This document shows, piece after piece, positions 1-9,136 of a stretch of 64,000 bases of DNA (its first letter is position 1; the number at the start of each line of letters is the position of its first letter). The stretch covers positions 1 through 64,000 of the forward strand of contig MTMY01000031.1 in NCBI GenBank assembly GCA_002010215.1, given 5' to 3'. The notes below the pieces were generated by a model. It worked only from the letters and a program-made list of their open reading frames with translations, was not told the DNA's origin and made no database searches. Both the position numbers and the translations under genes were made by a program. Origin of the DNA: Archaeoglobus sp. JdFR-37. GTDB taxonomy: Archaea > Halobacteriota > Archaeoglobi > Archaeoglobales > Archaeoglobaceae.

Positions 1-258
1 GAAGAAATAGGCGAGAAGTTGGCATCCATCTCGGGAGTCTTCACCGTCTACTACGTACTCGGAGACTTCGACTTCATAGTCATCGCCAAAGCAAAGGATA
101 AAGAGGACCTCAAAAGGATTCTAAGAGAAATCCATGCAATAGACGGAGTTGTTAAAACAGGCACCCACTTTGTCGCCTCCACAATTAAGGAGGAAAAAAG
201 GTTGTTGGTGAATTATAATGACGAGGACCTTAAGAAACTCTTCTGTGAGCATAAGTGA
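1..258 (+). CDS. Lrp/AsnC-family transcriptional regulator, C-terminal ligand-binding domain (5'-truncated by the window edge)
   Basis: Frame is open from base 1 (EEIGEKLASISGV...). 'VYYVLGDFDFIVIAKAKD..L..I..I..I.GV..T.T' matches the AsnC/RAM domain pattern. Confidence 0.85.
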   Translation, partial: EEIGEKLASISGVFTVYYVLGDFDFIVIAKAKDKEDLKRILREIHAIDGVVKTGTHFVASTIKEEKRLLVNYNDEDLKKLFCEHK

Positions 259-1273
259 GCTCACACCCAAGAAGAGGTTTTTAAAGGCGCTGAAATTGAG
301 AAAAGTAGATAGGCCCCCGGTCCTTTCAGCAAATCAGACAGCAACCGTAGAGCAGATGGAGAGTCTGGGAATCTATTATAAAGATGCATATTCCGATCCA
401 GAAAAAATGGCAGCTCTGGCATCTGCAGCATGGGAGCAGATAGGCTTAGAGGGAGTTGGCGTCCCGTTTTGTCAGACTGTAGAGGCTGAGGTTTTTGGTT
501 TAGAGGTAAATTGGGGGAGGAAAAAGACCAGCATACCTGTTGTGTCTTTTAAAGGGTGTGTCGCTCCAGAAGGCATAGATGTTCCGGAAAATTTCTTGGA
601 GAGAGGGAGGATTCCTGTTGTTCTTGATGCAATAGAGAGTCTCAGCGAGAAGTATGGAGATGAAATACCGGTTTTAGGTCATGTAATAGGGCCTTTTTCC
701 CTAGCAGCCCACCTAGCTAACATGGAGAAGATTTTGAAGATGTCCATAAAGAGACCTGGGCTTGTAGAGGAGTTCACAGAGCTTGGCATGGATGCCATAG
801 CAGAATATGCCAGTGCCATGTTGGAAAGAGGGGCGGATGCCATAGTTATTGAAAATATGTTCGCATCTGTAGACATATTAGGGGTTAAGGGCTACATAAC
901 CTTCGCAAAGCCCTTTGACAAGGAATTGATAAGGAGGGTAAAAGGACCAACAATTCTTCACATCTGCGGTGATTGTACCAACATCATCGGTGAGATGGTA
1001 GAGACGGGTGCAACCTGTCTGAGTATAGATTCAAAAACAGATGCAAGGTATGCTGTGAAAGTATCGAGGAACAAGGCAGCTATTATGGGCAATGTCGATA
1101 CTGTATACACTTTAACTTTCGGAAAACCGCAAGATGTTGAAGCAGAGACGCTAAGATCAATAGAAGCTGGAATAGATATAATCGCTCCTGGATGCTCCCT
1201 GTCACCTCTCACACCCAACAGAAACGTCAGAGCAATGGTTGAAGCAGTGAAAAAGAGAAAGATATCCTTCTAA
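245..1273 (+). CDS. MtaA/CmuA-family methylcobamide:thiol methyltransferase (UroD fold)
   Basis: VPFCQTVEAE, GPFSLA, Zn ligands HICG and PGC, GNVD. GTG at 245 is the likelier start (ORF track gives 218). Confidence 0.85.
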   Translation: MSISELTPKKRFLKALKLRKVDRPPVLSANQTATVEQMESLGIYYKDAYSDPEKMAALASAAWEQIGLEGVGVPFCQTVEAEVFGLEVNWGRKKTSIPVVSFKGCVAPEGIDVPENFLERGRIPVVLDAIESLSEKYGDEIPVLGHVIGPFSLAAHLANMEKILKMSIKRPGLVEEFTELGMDAIAEYASAMLERGADAIVIENMFASVDILGVKGYITFAKPFDKELIRRVKGPTILHICGDCTNIIGEMVETGATCLSIDSKTDARYAVKVSRNKAAIMGNVDTVYTLTFGKPQDVEAETLRSIEAGIDIIAPGCSLSPLTPNRNVRAMVEAVKKRKISF

Positions 1274-1330
1274 ACTAGGTTGGCTAGATAAACCGAAAAA
1301 CTTATACTGAGTCTTTTATAATGATCATTC

Positions 1331-1699
1331 ATGGAAGAGAAACTTATTTTTGTGTTGAGTAAAGGGCTGAACTACCCAGATATTGCAAGAACTACTCTAA
1401 TGGTGGCTGCCTTGAGTGCCAACATGGATGTAAAAACAATTCTGTTCTGTTTCCAAGATGGTGTTGAGATTATGGTCAAGGGGGCTCTGGATAATGAGGT
1501 AGAGGTGCCAGGAGTTCCAACTGTCAGACAACGCCTAAATGAAGCTATCGAAGCCGGAGTGGAAATTTATGTCTGCTCCCAGACACTGGTAGTCAGGAAC
1601 ATAAAAGAGGAAGACCTTATAGAACACGTTAAGGTAGCGGGAGCTGCAACGCTTGTTCATCTGGCACTTGACGCGAAAAATGTAATATGCATTGGCTAA
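1331..1699 (+). CDS. DsrE/DsrF-like sulfur-relay protein
   Basis: F..DGV motif, 'GVEIYVCSQT' with the conserved Cys, 'AGAATL', 122 aa. Confidence 0.8.
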   Translation: MEEKLIFVLSKGLNYPDIARTTLMVAALSANMDVKTILFCFQDGVEIMVKGALDNEVEVPGVPTVRQRLNEAIEAGVEIYVCSQTLVVRNIKEEDLIEHVKVAGAATLVHLALDAKNVICIG

Positions 1700-1761
1700 A
1701 ATCTTGGCTTTTCTGATATATTTTCACTATGAAGACGAACACGTAAAAATAAAAGTTAAAA

Positions 1762-2295
1762 CTAAACAGTTCGTCTCGTTTCCAGCTTAACCTCCACATT
1801 CACAGGATTCTTCAGTGTATTTCCTACCGGGGAAGTCTTCACAACATCTTCGTGGAGCTTCTCAAGCTCTTCCTTGCTCACAGGTTCTTTCGTTTTCAGA
1901 AATACTCTGGCCCGGACATTGGTGAACCCCGGGGACACTTTCTCTGGGGGTTCCAAACCAAAGAATCCTGGAAGATCTATATCTCCCTCTACTTCCACCT
2001 CTACTTTATCCAACTGAATCCCCCGTACAGCAGCGTTCATGACATATCCGACAATTAAGCACGCTCCAAATGCTCCAAGAACCATTTCTACCATATTTGG
2101 AGCAGTATTTGTTCCTCCAAGATCTGCAGGCTCATCCATTTTTATAGTAAATTCTCTTATTCTGACTTCCTCTTTGAATCCACCTTTCCACTTGGCACTG
2201 GCTCTCCACAGAGTTTTTCCCAGCTCAGGATTTGCTTTTACTGCGTTCACTAGGCTCTTCAGGTATTCCACATCTACACCGTTTATTTCGGCCAT
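1762..2295 (-). CDS. OsmC/Ohr-family protein (long N-terminal form, single Cys)
   Basis: DEPADLGGTNTAPN, 'GAFGACL', EGDIDL.GF.G. The second Cys position reads TSPV rather than CPV. Confidence 0.85.
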   Translation of the reverse strand: MAEINGVDVEYLKSLVNAVKANPELGKTLWRASAKWKGGFKEEVRIREFTIKMDEPADLGGTNTAPNMVEMVLGAFGACLIVGYVMNAAVRGIQLDKVEVEVEGDIDLPGFFGLEPPEKVSPGFTNVRARVFLKTKEPVSKEELEKLHEDVVKTSPVGNTLKNPVNVEVKLETRRTV

Positions 2296-2357
2296 AATGC
2301 ATTTTTCATTTTAAATTATTTATAGGTTATTCAGGTTGGACTGTTGCCACCTATATT

Positions 2358-3395
2358 TTATAACTTCACTTTTCTTGTTGATTTGATGAATGCTTGGATG
2401 TTCTCAAGAGAGACGCTGGGCGGGATGTCACATCCTGGGCAGAGAACGTAACCTCCACCCTCGGCCGCTGCTGAAATACAGTTTGTTGAGACTTCCTCTA
2501 CATATTCTGGAGTTCCATCGTTGAGAACCGTCACCGGGTCAACATTCCCCGCTATGCAGACCACGCCCTGCAACTCCTTTTTGGCGAAGGCAAGATCTAC
2601 CTTGTGATCCAAACTGAAACATCCCGGTTTACTTTCTGCTATTTCATGCAATTTGTCGCTGGTATCACCGCATATGTGCAGAAATGTGGTAACTCCCCTC
2701 TTTTTGAATTCCCCTATAACTTTCTCCAATGCCGGTAGTGCAAATTCTAAGAAGTGTTTCCTGGAAATAAGGTCACCACTTGCAGTGGGGTCTGCGATAC
2801 TTATGGCATCCATCCCAACGTCTTTTACCAAAGGTTCGTAGAACGCCATAATAAGGTCTGTAGCAAACTCTATGACTTTCTGTGCGAACTCTTTGTTCTT
2901 ATAAACATCCTTCATGAGCTGTTCCACACCTCTGAGGTTTCCGGCCTTGGTGAAAGGTCCCCAAGATGTTGTACCGACAAGGTACCTATCACCGATTTGC
3001 TCATGGACTATTTCTGAAGCTTTCCAGATCGTCTGAATTGCTTCATTCTCGTGGATTTTCTCTATCTCTAGGGATTCCAGATCTTCAGGCGAGTGAATTA
3101 TCGGTCCCTCCAGGTCTGGGGCACCTATGTGTCTGACTTTGATTTTTCCCCCAATTGCCGCAGCAAGGAAATTGTTGTAACCAGAACCCGGATAGACCAT
3201 ATCTGATTGCAGAATGTCGGCGGTTTTCATTATAAGCTCGGCATATTCCTGGGGTTTACCTATGTAATATAGAAAATCCTTTCCAGAATTTTTGATTGTC
3301 CACATTCCTCCCCCAAAGATTACTGCAGGAACTCTTTCTGGAGTTTCAAGCTCAAAAGCTTCAAGAAGTATATCCTTTGGGTGCAATTTCATCAC
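2358..3395 (-). CDS. UroD/MtaA-family corrinoid methyltransferase
   Basis: GPFT.A, 'IADPTASGDLIS', HICG, GNVDP, PGCDIP. Confidence 0.85.
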   Translation of the reverse strand: MMKLHPKDILLEAFELETPERVPAVIFGGGMWTIKNSGKDFLYYIGKPQEYAELIMKTADILQSDMVYPGSGYNNFLAAAIGGKIKVRHIGAPDLEGPIIHSPEDLESLEIEKIHENEAIQTIWKASEIVHEQIGDRYLVGTTSWGPFTKAGNLRGVEQLMKDVYKNKEFAQKVIEFATDLIMAFYEPLVKDVGMDAISIADPTASGDLISRKHFLEFALPALEKVIGEFKKRGVTTFLHICGDTSDKLHEIAESKPGCFSLDHKVDLAFAKKELQGVVCIAGNVDPVTVLNDGTPEYVEEVSTNCISAAAEGGGYVLCPGCDIPPSVSLENIQAFIKSTRKVKL

Positions 3396-3458
3396 CTCTG
3401 TTCAATAACAAAACTAATAATTCATCCCAAATATTAATTAAAAAATTTTATAACAAAA

Positions 3459-3875
3459 TTAGCCTCTGAATTCAGGAGGCTTGAGGTACTCCCAATCCTC
3501 TCCCTTCCTGTACTTCTGAGCGATTTCCAGAGTCTTCGCAGCATATTCAAATGCATATGGGATACCGGGGTTGTTGGGATAGAAACCGGCTCCTATGAAT
3601 CCGACAGCAACAGCTTCAAGAATCTCCTCATCTGTTGCTCCAGCCTCAATGGCAGCAATCACATGGACTATACATCTGGGTGATGCAGTGGCAACACCTA
3701 TGGCTGTGAACATCAACTCCTTTATTTTTCTCTCTAATGCACCATCTCCCCATATCTCTTCATAAAAGTCCGCAAATTTCTTTGCTGCCTCTGGCCATAC
3801 TTCACATATAGGCTTCAGAAATCTTGGCATCAGTTTCATCTTTTCCTTCACATACTCCTCACACTCGTTTCCCAT
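3459..3875 (-). CDS. Carboxymuconolactone decarboxylase (CMD/AhpD) family protein
   Basis: 'GALERKIKELM..AI......RCIVH...AIEAGATDEEI.EA'. ATG at 3875 has a GGAGG-type RBS upstream. Confidence 0.8.
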   Translation of the reverse strand: MGNECEEYVKEKMKLMPRFLKPICEVWPEAAKKFADFYEEIWGDGALERKIKELMFTAIGVATASPRCIVHVIAAIEAGATDEEILEAVAVGFIGAGFYPNNPGIPYAFEYAAKTLEIAQKYRKGEDWEYLKPPEFRG

Positions 3876-4067
3876 ATTCTCACTCTCCTCCCCCTTTGTC
3901 TGCAATTATAATTTTTAATAACAATATTTAAGCTTTTCTCTCAAAGACTTCAGTCAAAATTATATTTCGTTCCTCATTTTTGGGGAATTGTTGGATAATA
4001 TCCAAAACTGATGTGGAGACATTGTGAAATGAGTTAAAATTACTATAGAAACATTCTATTAATTTAA

Positions 4068-4241
4068 TTAAAATTGGAAATGATAATATCCATCTACTCT
4101 ATACACCCAGCTGGATGATGCGTAGGGGATGGAAGGGCTAGATGCTGTACTATCTCTTGTAAAGCGGTAAGCTTTCCATATGGTACCTAGGGTGAAGAGT
4201 ATGATGGTGAAATATTGGAAGATTGTGAACATGAATTCCAT
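4068..4241 (-). pseudogene. Truncated NarI/DsrM-like membrane subunit remnant (57-codon ORF)
   Basis: Manual translation gives MEFMFTIFQYFTIILFTLGTIWKAYRF...WVYRV. Its ATG overlaps the TusA stop (TGATG). It resembles the first TM helix of NarI-family proteins, then runs into AT-rich DNA. Confidence 0.45.
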
Positions 4242-4462
4242 CACTTCACCTTTTTGAGGACAAATCGTATCTGATCCTCATCCCTGTTGCAATCTAACAC
4301 TATGATCCCTGCCCTTTCAGCCCATAGGGGTATGTCAATTATTGTCCCTGGGTCTGTTGTCAAAACCTCCACTTCAATTCCAACTTCCACATTCTTCATT
4401 TCTTGCTTGAGCTTCAAAAGGGGTTCCGGGCAGGTTAAACCCCTGAGGTCAATAATTGTCAT
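4241..4462 (-). CDS. tusA: TusA/SirA-family sulfur carrier
   Basis: 'IDLRGLTCPEP' (CPxP), 'TTDPGT..DIP.W', 73 aa. Confidence 0.9.
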   Translation of the reverse strand: MTIIDLRGLTCPEPLLKLKQEMKNVEVGIEVEVLTTDPGTIIDIPLWAERAGIIVLDCNRDEDQIRFVLKKVK

Positions 4463-4685
4463 GGATAATGGTTACCGAATATCAAAATAAAAATGTTTTG
4501 GTAATTGCTGAATTTTGTCCAATATTTTTAGAAGAAAGAGCAACAAAATATAACTTTATTGGGTATTGTTTAGATGAATATCAAAAGTTTGTGGTGGTTA
4601 ATGGGCGGATATTTGACAGAATGTGGTGACCCCGAATATAAATTGGAGGAAAAAATTGAGAATAGATTTTGGTTTAATCCTGTTC

Positions 4686-4988
4686 CTACTCTCTTTCGAC
4701 CTCAAAGGTAAAGAACTTTTCAACGTTAAGCCCTAATTCAATTTCTGCAGTCTTCAGAACCATCCATGGAATTATGCATGTTGAGTGTCTGATATCTGCC
4801 AGTTTGTAAACTGGGTTGTCAGGGATTTTGGTTAAAACACTTTTCGCATCAAGCAGAGGTAGTTTTTCTCCAAATTTATTTACATCTGGGCATTCTGATT
4901 CAATATATACCTTAACTCTGCCCCCCTCTTTTTTTACGCGAATCACTGTTAGATAACCGCAGGGCTGATCTCTAACTATAACATTCAT
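4686..4988 (-). CDS. Small Cys/His-rich protein (DUF6951-like)
   Basis: 'PCG..T.I', 'IESECP', 'H.TC.IP..VLK.AEIELGL' pattern, recalled from memory. Confidence 0.55.
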   Translation of the reverse strand: MNVIVRDQPCGYLTVIRVKKEGGRVKVYIESECPDVNKFGEKLPLLDAKSVLTKIPDNPVYKLADIRHSTCIIPWMVLKTAEIELGLNVEKFFTFEVERE

Positions 4989-5199
4989 GCTATTAAATTA
5001 GAATATTAAATAAAAATCTTGCGGGATTGTGAAATCGAAGTTAAAAACACACCTGACTGAAATTTTCATCTTTTGATAGGCTTCGTTAGCATGCTGAGGA
5101 TTCTTTAATACTCCAATATTCACGTTACACGTCCAATTCCGTCCAATTCTTCCAAAAAATTTAGGGAGAAACTACAAAAAGACTGAAATAAATGTCTCA

Positions 5200-5481
5200 A
5201 TGATGAGTGTTGAGAAGTGGGTAAAGGCCAGCACCCTTGAAGAGAGTGAGGAATACCACAAGAGGTACAATTACGCTGTAACCAACTCTATCAGAAGGAA
5301 AATTCTCAGACTCATAGATGAAGGGAAAACTGAGGAAGAAATAATGTCGATACTCGGTTTATCGGAACAGCAACTCCGGTATCATTTGAAAGTCCTTGAA
5401 TGGGGATTCTGTATTGAAAAGAAAGGTGACAGATGGGTCATAACAAAAGAAGGAAAAATAATTGACAGAATTAAAGGCTGA
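5200..5481 (+). CDS. ArsR-like winged-HTH protein
   Basis: 'IRRKILRLI...EEI...LGLS..QLRYHLKVL..G'. Confidence 0.75.
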   Translation: MMSVEKWVKASTLEESEEYHKRYNYAVTNSIRRKILRLIDEGKTEEEIMSILGLSEQQLRYHLKVLEWGFCIEKKGDRWVITKEGKIIDRIKG

Positions 5482-5520
5482 TAGGATTTTTATCTCTTGG
5501 GTATAAATTATGAATTCTGA

Positions 5521-6153
5521 CTATTTCCGCCTCAGAATATAATAGTACTCTCTTCTATCTTCTGATTTTTCAAAACTCACCATGTCTAAAATCTCAGGGA
5601 TTCCAGTGTGATCAATGTGGTTGTTTTTTGATACGAACAGAACTTTGCCTGATGTTTTTAGCTTGGAGACAAATCTCAGAAGAACAGTTATTGCATCCTC
5701 TGGCTCTAGTGTCAGATCGCATAATATAACATCCAGATCTGGAAGCTTGGAGGTATCAAATTTGAACGCGTCATCGATAAAGATTCTGATGTTGGATCTC
5801 TCAGCTTCAACTCTTCTGAGCCGTTCTTCAAACTCTCTGCTGAACTCTATACCGAAAACAAACTTTGCCTTTTCGCTGGCATACATAACGAATCCGCCAG
5901 CACTGCTGCCTAGGTCAAGAACCACGTCATTTTCTGAAATCAAATTGAACTTTTCATCCAGCATTTTGAGCTTGTAATAACCTCTGGGCCTCCCACCTCC
6001 TAGTACCTCAATCTTCTCGTTCCCTCTGATGTCGCGGGATGGTTTTCTCATAATTTTTCCGTTGACTTTAACCAATCCCTTTTTTATCGCTTCTTTGGCC
6101 ATCGATCTCGATTCGAAATATCCTTGTTTGTAAAGAAAGATGTCGAGTCTCAT
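5521..6153 (-). CDS. S4-domain plus FtsJ/TlyA-like RNA methyltransferase
   Basis: MRLD.FL...G...SRS.A...I..G.VKVNG (S4 domain); RGYYKL; LDLGSSAGGF SAM motif. ATG at 6153. Confidence 0.85.
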   Translation of the reverse strand: MRLDIFLYKQGYFESRSMAKEAIKKGLVKVNGKIMRKPSRDIRGNEKIEVLGGGRPRGYYKLKMLDEKFNLISENDVVLDLGSSAGGFVMYASEKAKFVFGIEFSREFEERLRRVEAERSNIRIFIDDAFKFDTSKLPDLDVILCDLTLEPEDAITVLLRFVSKLKTSGKVLFVSKNNHIDHTGIPEILDMVSFEKSEDRREYYYILRRK

Positions 6154-6172
6154 GCATCCAGACGGAGTCAGT

Positions 6173-7741
6173 CTATTCCCAGAAGAGTTTCGTTTCCTTA
6201 ACCTTAACCACAGGCTTCTCTTCAACTCCCCCTCTCTCCCTCCACTTTATCCACTCTGATGGCGCGTCCTTGCTGATACCTCCATGGCTGGTGAGCCTCT
6301 TTCTGACCCTTATCAGCACCGGTGCATTGATTGCCACTCCTGCTACAAGAGCTTGCCCCTTTGTCAGCCCTGGAAGCTCGTCTATCATTTCTCTCCCTAT
6401 GCTCTCAACGCTGCTCCTGATGTTGTCCTGATCTGCAGGATTGACAATGCGCATAATAATTTGAGTCATGCACTGGCTCAGGATGTCGGAATCTATTTTG
6501 GACGGTCTCTGGCTGATGAGACAGACACCAACACCAAACTTTCTACCTTCACTCAGAATGGTTTTTAGCACGGGGTAGCTCCTGGAATCTCTGGAAGCAA
6601 ATCTGTGGGCTTCCTCCACCACAACAAAAACAGGATAGTCTAATTTCTCCCCACTCTGTCCTTTTTCAGCATTTATTCTGGCTTTCAGTATTCTTTTCAG
6701 CAGAACACTTACAAGGACCTGCTGCTCGATATCGCTCAGCTCTGTTAGCTGGAGAACGCTTGCCTGTCCTGGCTTAAGCAACTCCTTCAACTCTATATGC
6801 TCGTAATCGTCGATGACGTCTATCTCCTCAATATATCTTCTTATTCTCCATCGTATTGCTTGGGCAGTGGTGGCAGCATCGCTGCCAGCATTCGCTTCTA
6901 TGAGCTCCATCAGCTCCTTCGCTGTGAATTTGGTCCCTTCAAGCTCCCTGAAAGCCCTGCTGAGTAGTGCCTCCATTTTCTCCGTCAGCCCTGGGAGAAG
7001 ATTGAGGAGCTCATCATATTCAAGCTCTGAAAGCCTTATTTTAATCTCGTCCTTCCCGAAAATCCTGATTAGTGGTCTGTAACCTGCTGAATTGAACTCT
7101 TTTCTGCCCTCAAGCTCCTTGAGGGTGTGATACTCACCATGGGGGTCGAGAATCAGGACTGCTCCGCTGTTGTAAGGCTTGAGGAGTTCTTCTATGAGAA
7201 CTCCGGCCAAATAGCTCTTCCCGCTGCCAGTAGATGCCAAAATGCACAAGTGTTCACTCGTAACGAGTGAAGCGTCGAGAACTACAGCAACATCTTCATC
7301 ACGGTTGAGGAGGTAGCCAATGTGTATCGAGCCAACATCTCCAGCCTTCTTCTTCATTAGGACTTCCTGAATTGTTTCCGCTTCTGCCAAAAAGACTGGC
7401 TGCCCTGGTTTTGGTGGAATTCTGGGGTTAATGAAGCCCATTGCTTGGTCAAAGTAACCCATAATCATGGCAGTCATTTCAAAAAGCTCGAACTCTCTGT
7501 TGCTAAGGCCAAGAACTCTTACAATTTTTTCAGGTGGGACACTGGGTTTTGAGAGGTATAGGTCTGGATAAAGGCGGAGAGGATGGCGCTTCGTAATCCT
7601 GCAGATTATTTTCCGGCTATTCAACAGGTAATAGATGAATTCCCCGCTTTTCAAGTTGTCCTTGTCGGGTGTTATAAATTTGAATTCCAGAGGAGTCTCT
7701 CCAGGCCCTTTAACGAGCCCCACGGGTTGCAAGCCACTCAC
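6173..7741 (-). CDS. herA: HerA bipolar DNA helicase/ATPase
   Basis: N-terminal HAS barrel, H...LASTGSGKS, LDPHGEY, VVEEAH, EGRKFG, SQRPS. Confidence 0.9.
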   Translation of the reverse strand: MSGLQPVGLVKGPGETPLEFKFITPDKDNLKSGEFIYYLLNSRKIICRITKRHPLRLYPDLYLSKPSVPPEKIVRVLGLSNREFELFEMTAMIMGYFDQAMGFINPRIPPKPGQPVFLAEAETIQEVLMKKKAGDVGSIHIGYLLNRDEDVAVVLDASLVTSEHLCILASTGSGKSYLAGVLIEELLKPYNSGAVLILDPHGEYHTLKELEGRKEFNSAGYRPLIRIFGKDEIKIRLSELEYDELLNLLPGLTEKMEALLSRAFRELEGTKFTAKELMELIEANAGSDAATTAQAIRWRIRRYIEEIDVIDDYEHIELKELLKPGQASVLQLTELSDIEQQVLVSVLLKRILKARINAEKGQSGEKLDYPVFVVVEEAHRFASRDSRSYPVLKTILSEGRKFGVGVCLISQRPSKIDSDILSQCMTQIIMRIVNPADQDNIRSSVESIGREMIDELPGLTKGQALVAGVAINAPVLIRVRKRLTSHGGISKDAPSEWIKWRERGGVEEKPVVKVKETKLFWE

Positions 7742-7748
7742 AACTCAT

Positions 7749-8252
7749 TCACCTCAACTGCATTTTTTTCATTATGGCGTACTCTACTTCGCACATCAGT
7801 ATATCAAGAAGCTCCTTCTCTTCGGGAATTATCCTCATCAGCCTCTCTAAGAGTCTTTTAATCACACTAATATCTGCTCTATCTACTAGCTGGAGCAAAT
7901 AGGGTATGCTAAACCCATTGCCGCTCTGACCGCTCTGCATGTGTAAGCTTCTTATCTCATCATCACTGAGAACCACAACATCATCTCCGATCTCCGGTGT
8001 TCTTACAGGGTCTGAAAGTTTAAGATCGCATAAAGTGATACATTCCGCTATTTTCTTGACCTCAACGACATCTGGCATGAATCTTTTTATTTCATCCACG
8101 TCATACTTGCTCAAATAGCTGACGAATTCCGGCTCTTCTATCCGTAAACCCTTAACAAGCCCGATGAGATCTCCACATCTGATAAAATCTCCTATTTGAA
8201 GTTCTCCTTCTACATCAAACTCTCTAAACCCTTTAACTGCTACAACCTTCAT
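7749..8252 (-). CDS. Stand-alone HAS-barrel-like protein
   Basis: 'IGDFI....LIGLV..L.I' and 'P.IGDDV..L...EI..LH'. Lies between nurA and herA and overlaps the nurA stop. Confidence 0.6.
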   Translation of the reverse strand: MKVVAVKGFREFDVEGELQIGDFIRCGDLIGLVKGLRIEEPEFVSYLSKYDVDEIKRFMPDVVEVKKIAECITLCDLKLSDPVRTPEIGDDVVVLSDDEIRSLHMQSGQSGNGFSIPYLLQLVDRADISVIKRLLERLMRIIPEEKELLDILMCEVEYAIMKKMQLR

Positions 8253-9136
8253 GGAATCACCTTGCTTATCCACTTGAATGACACACCACTGCTTTTAACA
8301 ACTCGCATCATGGTATCCTTCTCCTTTGCCGTTATTGCCGCATATTTGTGGGCTCTTTCGAGTATGTAGGGGTAGTTTCCGGTACTTCCTATTCTTGACT
8401 CTGCCAGTACAATCCTTACACACTCTTGGATGTCATCCTCCATCCAGGCCGGGAATTCGATTCTTGAAGGCAATCCAACGATTTTCAGGTATGAGAAGCT
8501 GATGGCATCCTCGTAGCCCAAGTTCTTGTCACATCTCACTGGTTGGGTATAACTCATCACAGGCATTATGTCTTTCAGCAGCCCAGCATCGAAACTGTTG
8601 GGAATTCCACACCTTCTGGCAAGATCTTTGGCATAGCTCCGATCTATGTAGCCTATGAGGGGCGTTGATGTATTCTCGCTCTCTTTTATAAGCTTGGTCA
8701 TTAGTTTCATGTATTCTCTGGCAATTTTGGTATTGAGCTCGGAAACAAAGGATAGGAGGAGGCTACCATCATAGAAAAGGTAGCTTTCACCATCCATGCT
8801 CTCCATAAGGAGCTCAATTTCCATTGCGAACCTTTTTAAGTTCAGATTCTCTTCAATGTGGACGAAATCTGAAAATATCTCCACATGGTATTCTCCACTC
8901 CCATGCGTTACCTTTATTCTGGAAGCCTGAACGGCTCCCACCGGTATACCTAACTCTCTAAGAGGCGAGAATTCAGAGCCATCAACCCCTACAACTCTGA
9001 CACCATCAAGAATTCTGAGAGGATTCTCATCCTGCAACCCCTTGATTTCCACATCCAGCTCACCATTTGCTTGTTCCAGTTCTCTAACCATTTCTTTCAG
9101 CATTCCAACATTCTCAAAAATGCTCCCTCTCCTCAT
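8249..9136 (-). CDS. nurA: NurA 5'-3' nuclease
   Basis: VGVDGS, LFYDGSL, RIEFP, YPY.L..AH; operon context. Confidence 0.85.
   Translation of the reverse strand: MRRGSIFENVGMLKEMVRELEQANGELDVEIKGLQDENPLRILDGVRVVGVDGSEFSPLRELGIPVGAVQASRIKVTHGSGEYHVEIFSDFVHIEENLNLKRFAMEIELLMESMDGESYLFYDGSLLLSFVSELNTKIAREYMKLMTKLIKESENTSTPLIGYIDRSYAKDLARRCGIPNSFDAGLLKDIMPVMSYTQPVRCDKNLGYEDAISFSYLKIVGLPSRIEFPAWMEDDIQECVRIVLAESRIGSTGNYPYILERAHKYAAITAKEKDTMMRVVKSSGVSFKWISKVIP

Noticed and set aside
1..4988. Pyrrolysine or selenocysteine readthrough in the methyltransferase/sulfur cluster
   Set aside because: The ORFs are full length for their families, with no internal TAG/TGA at catalytic positions.
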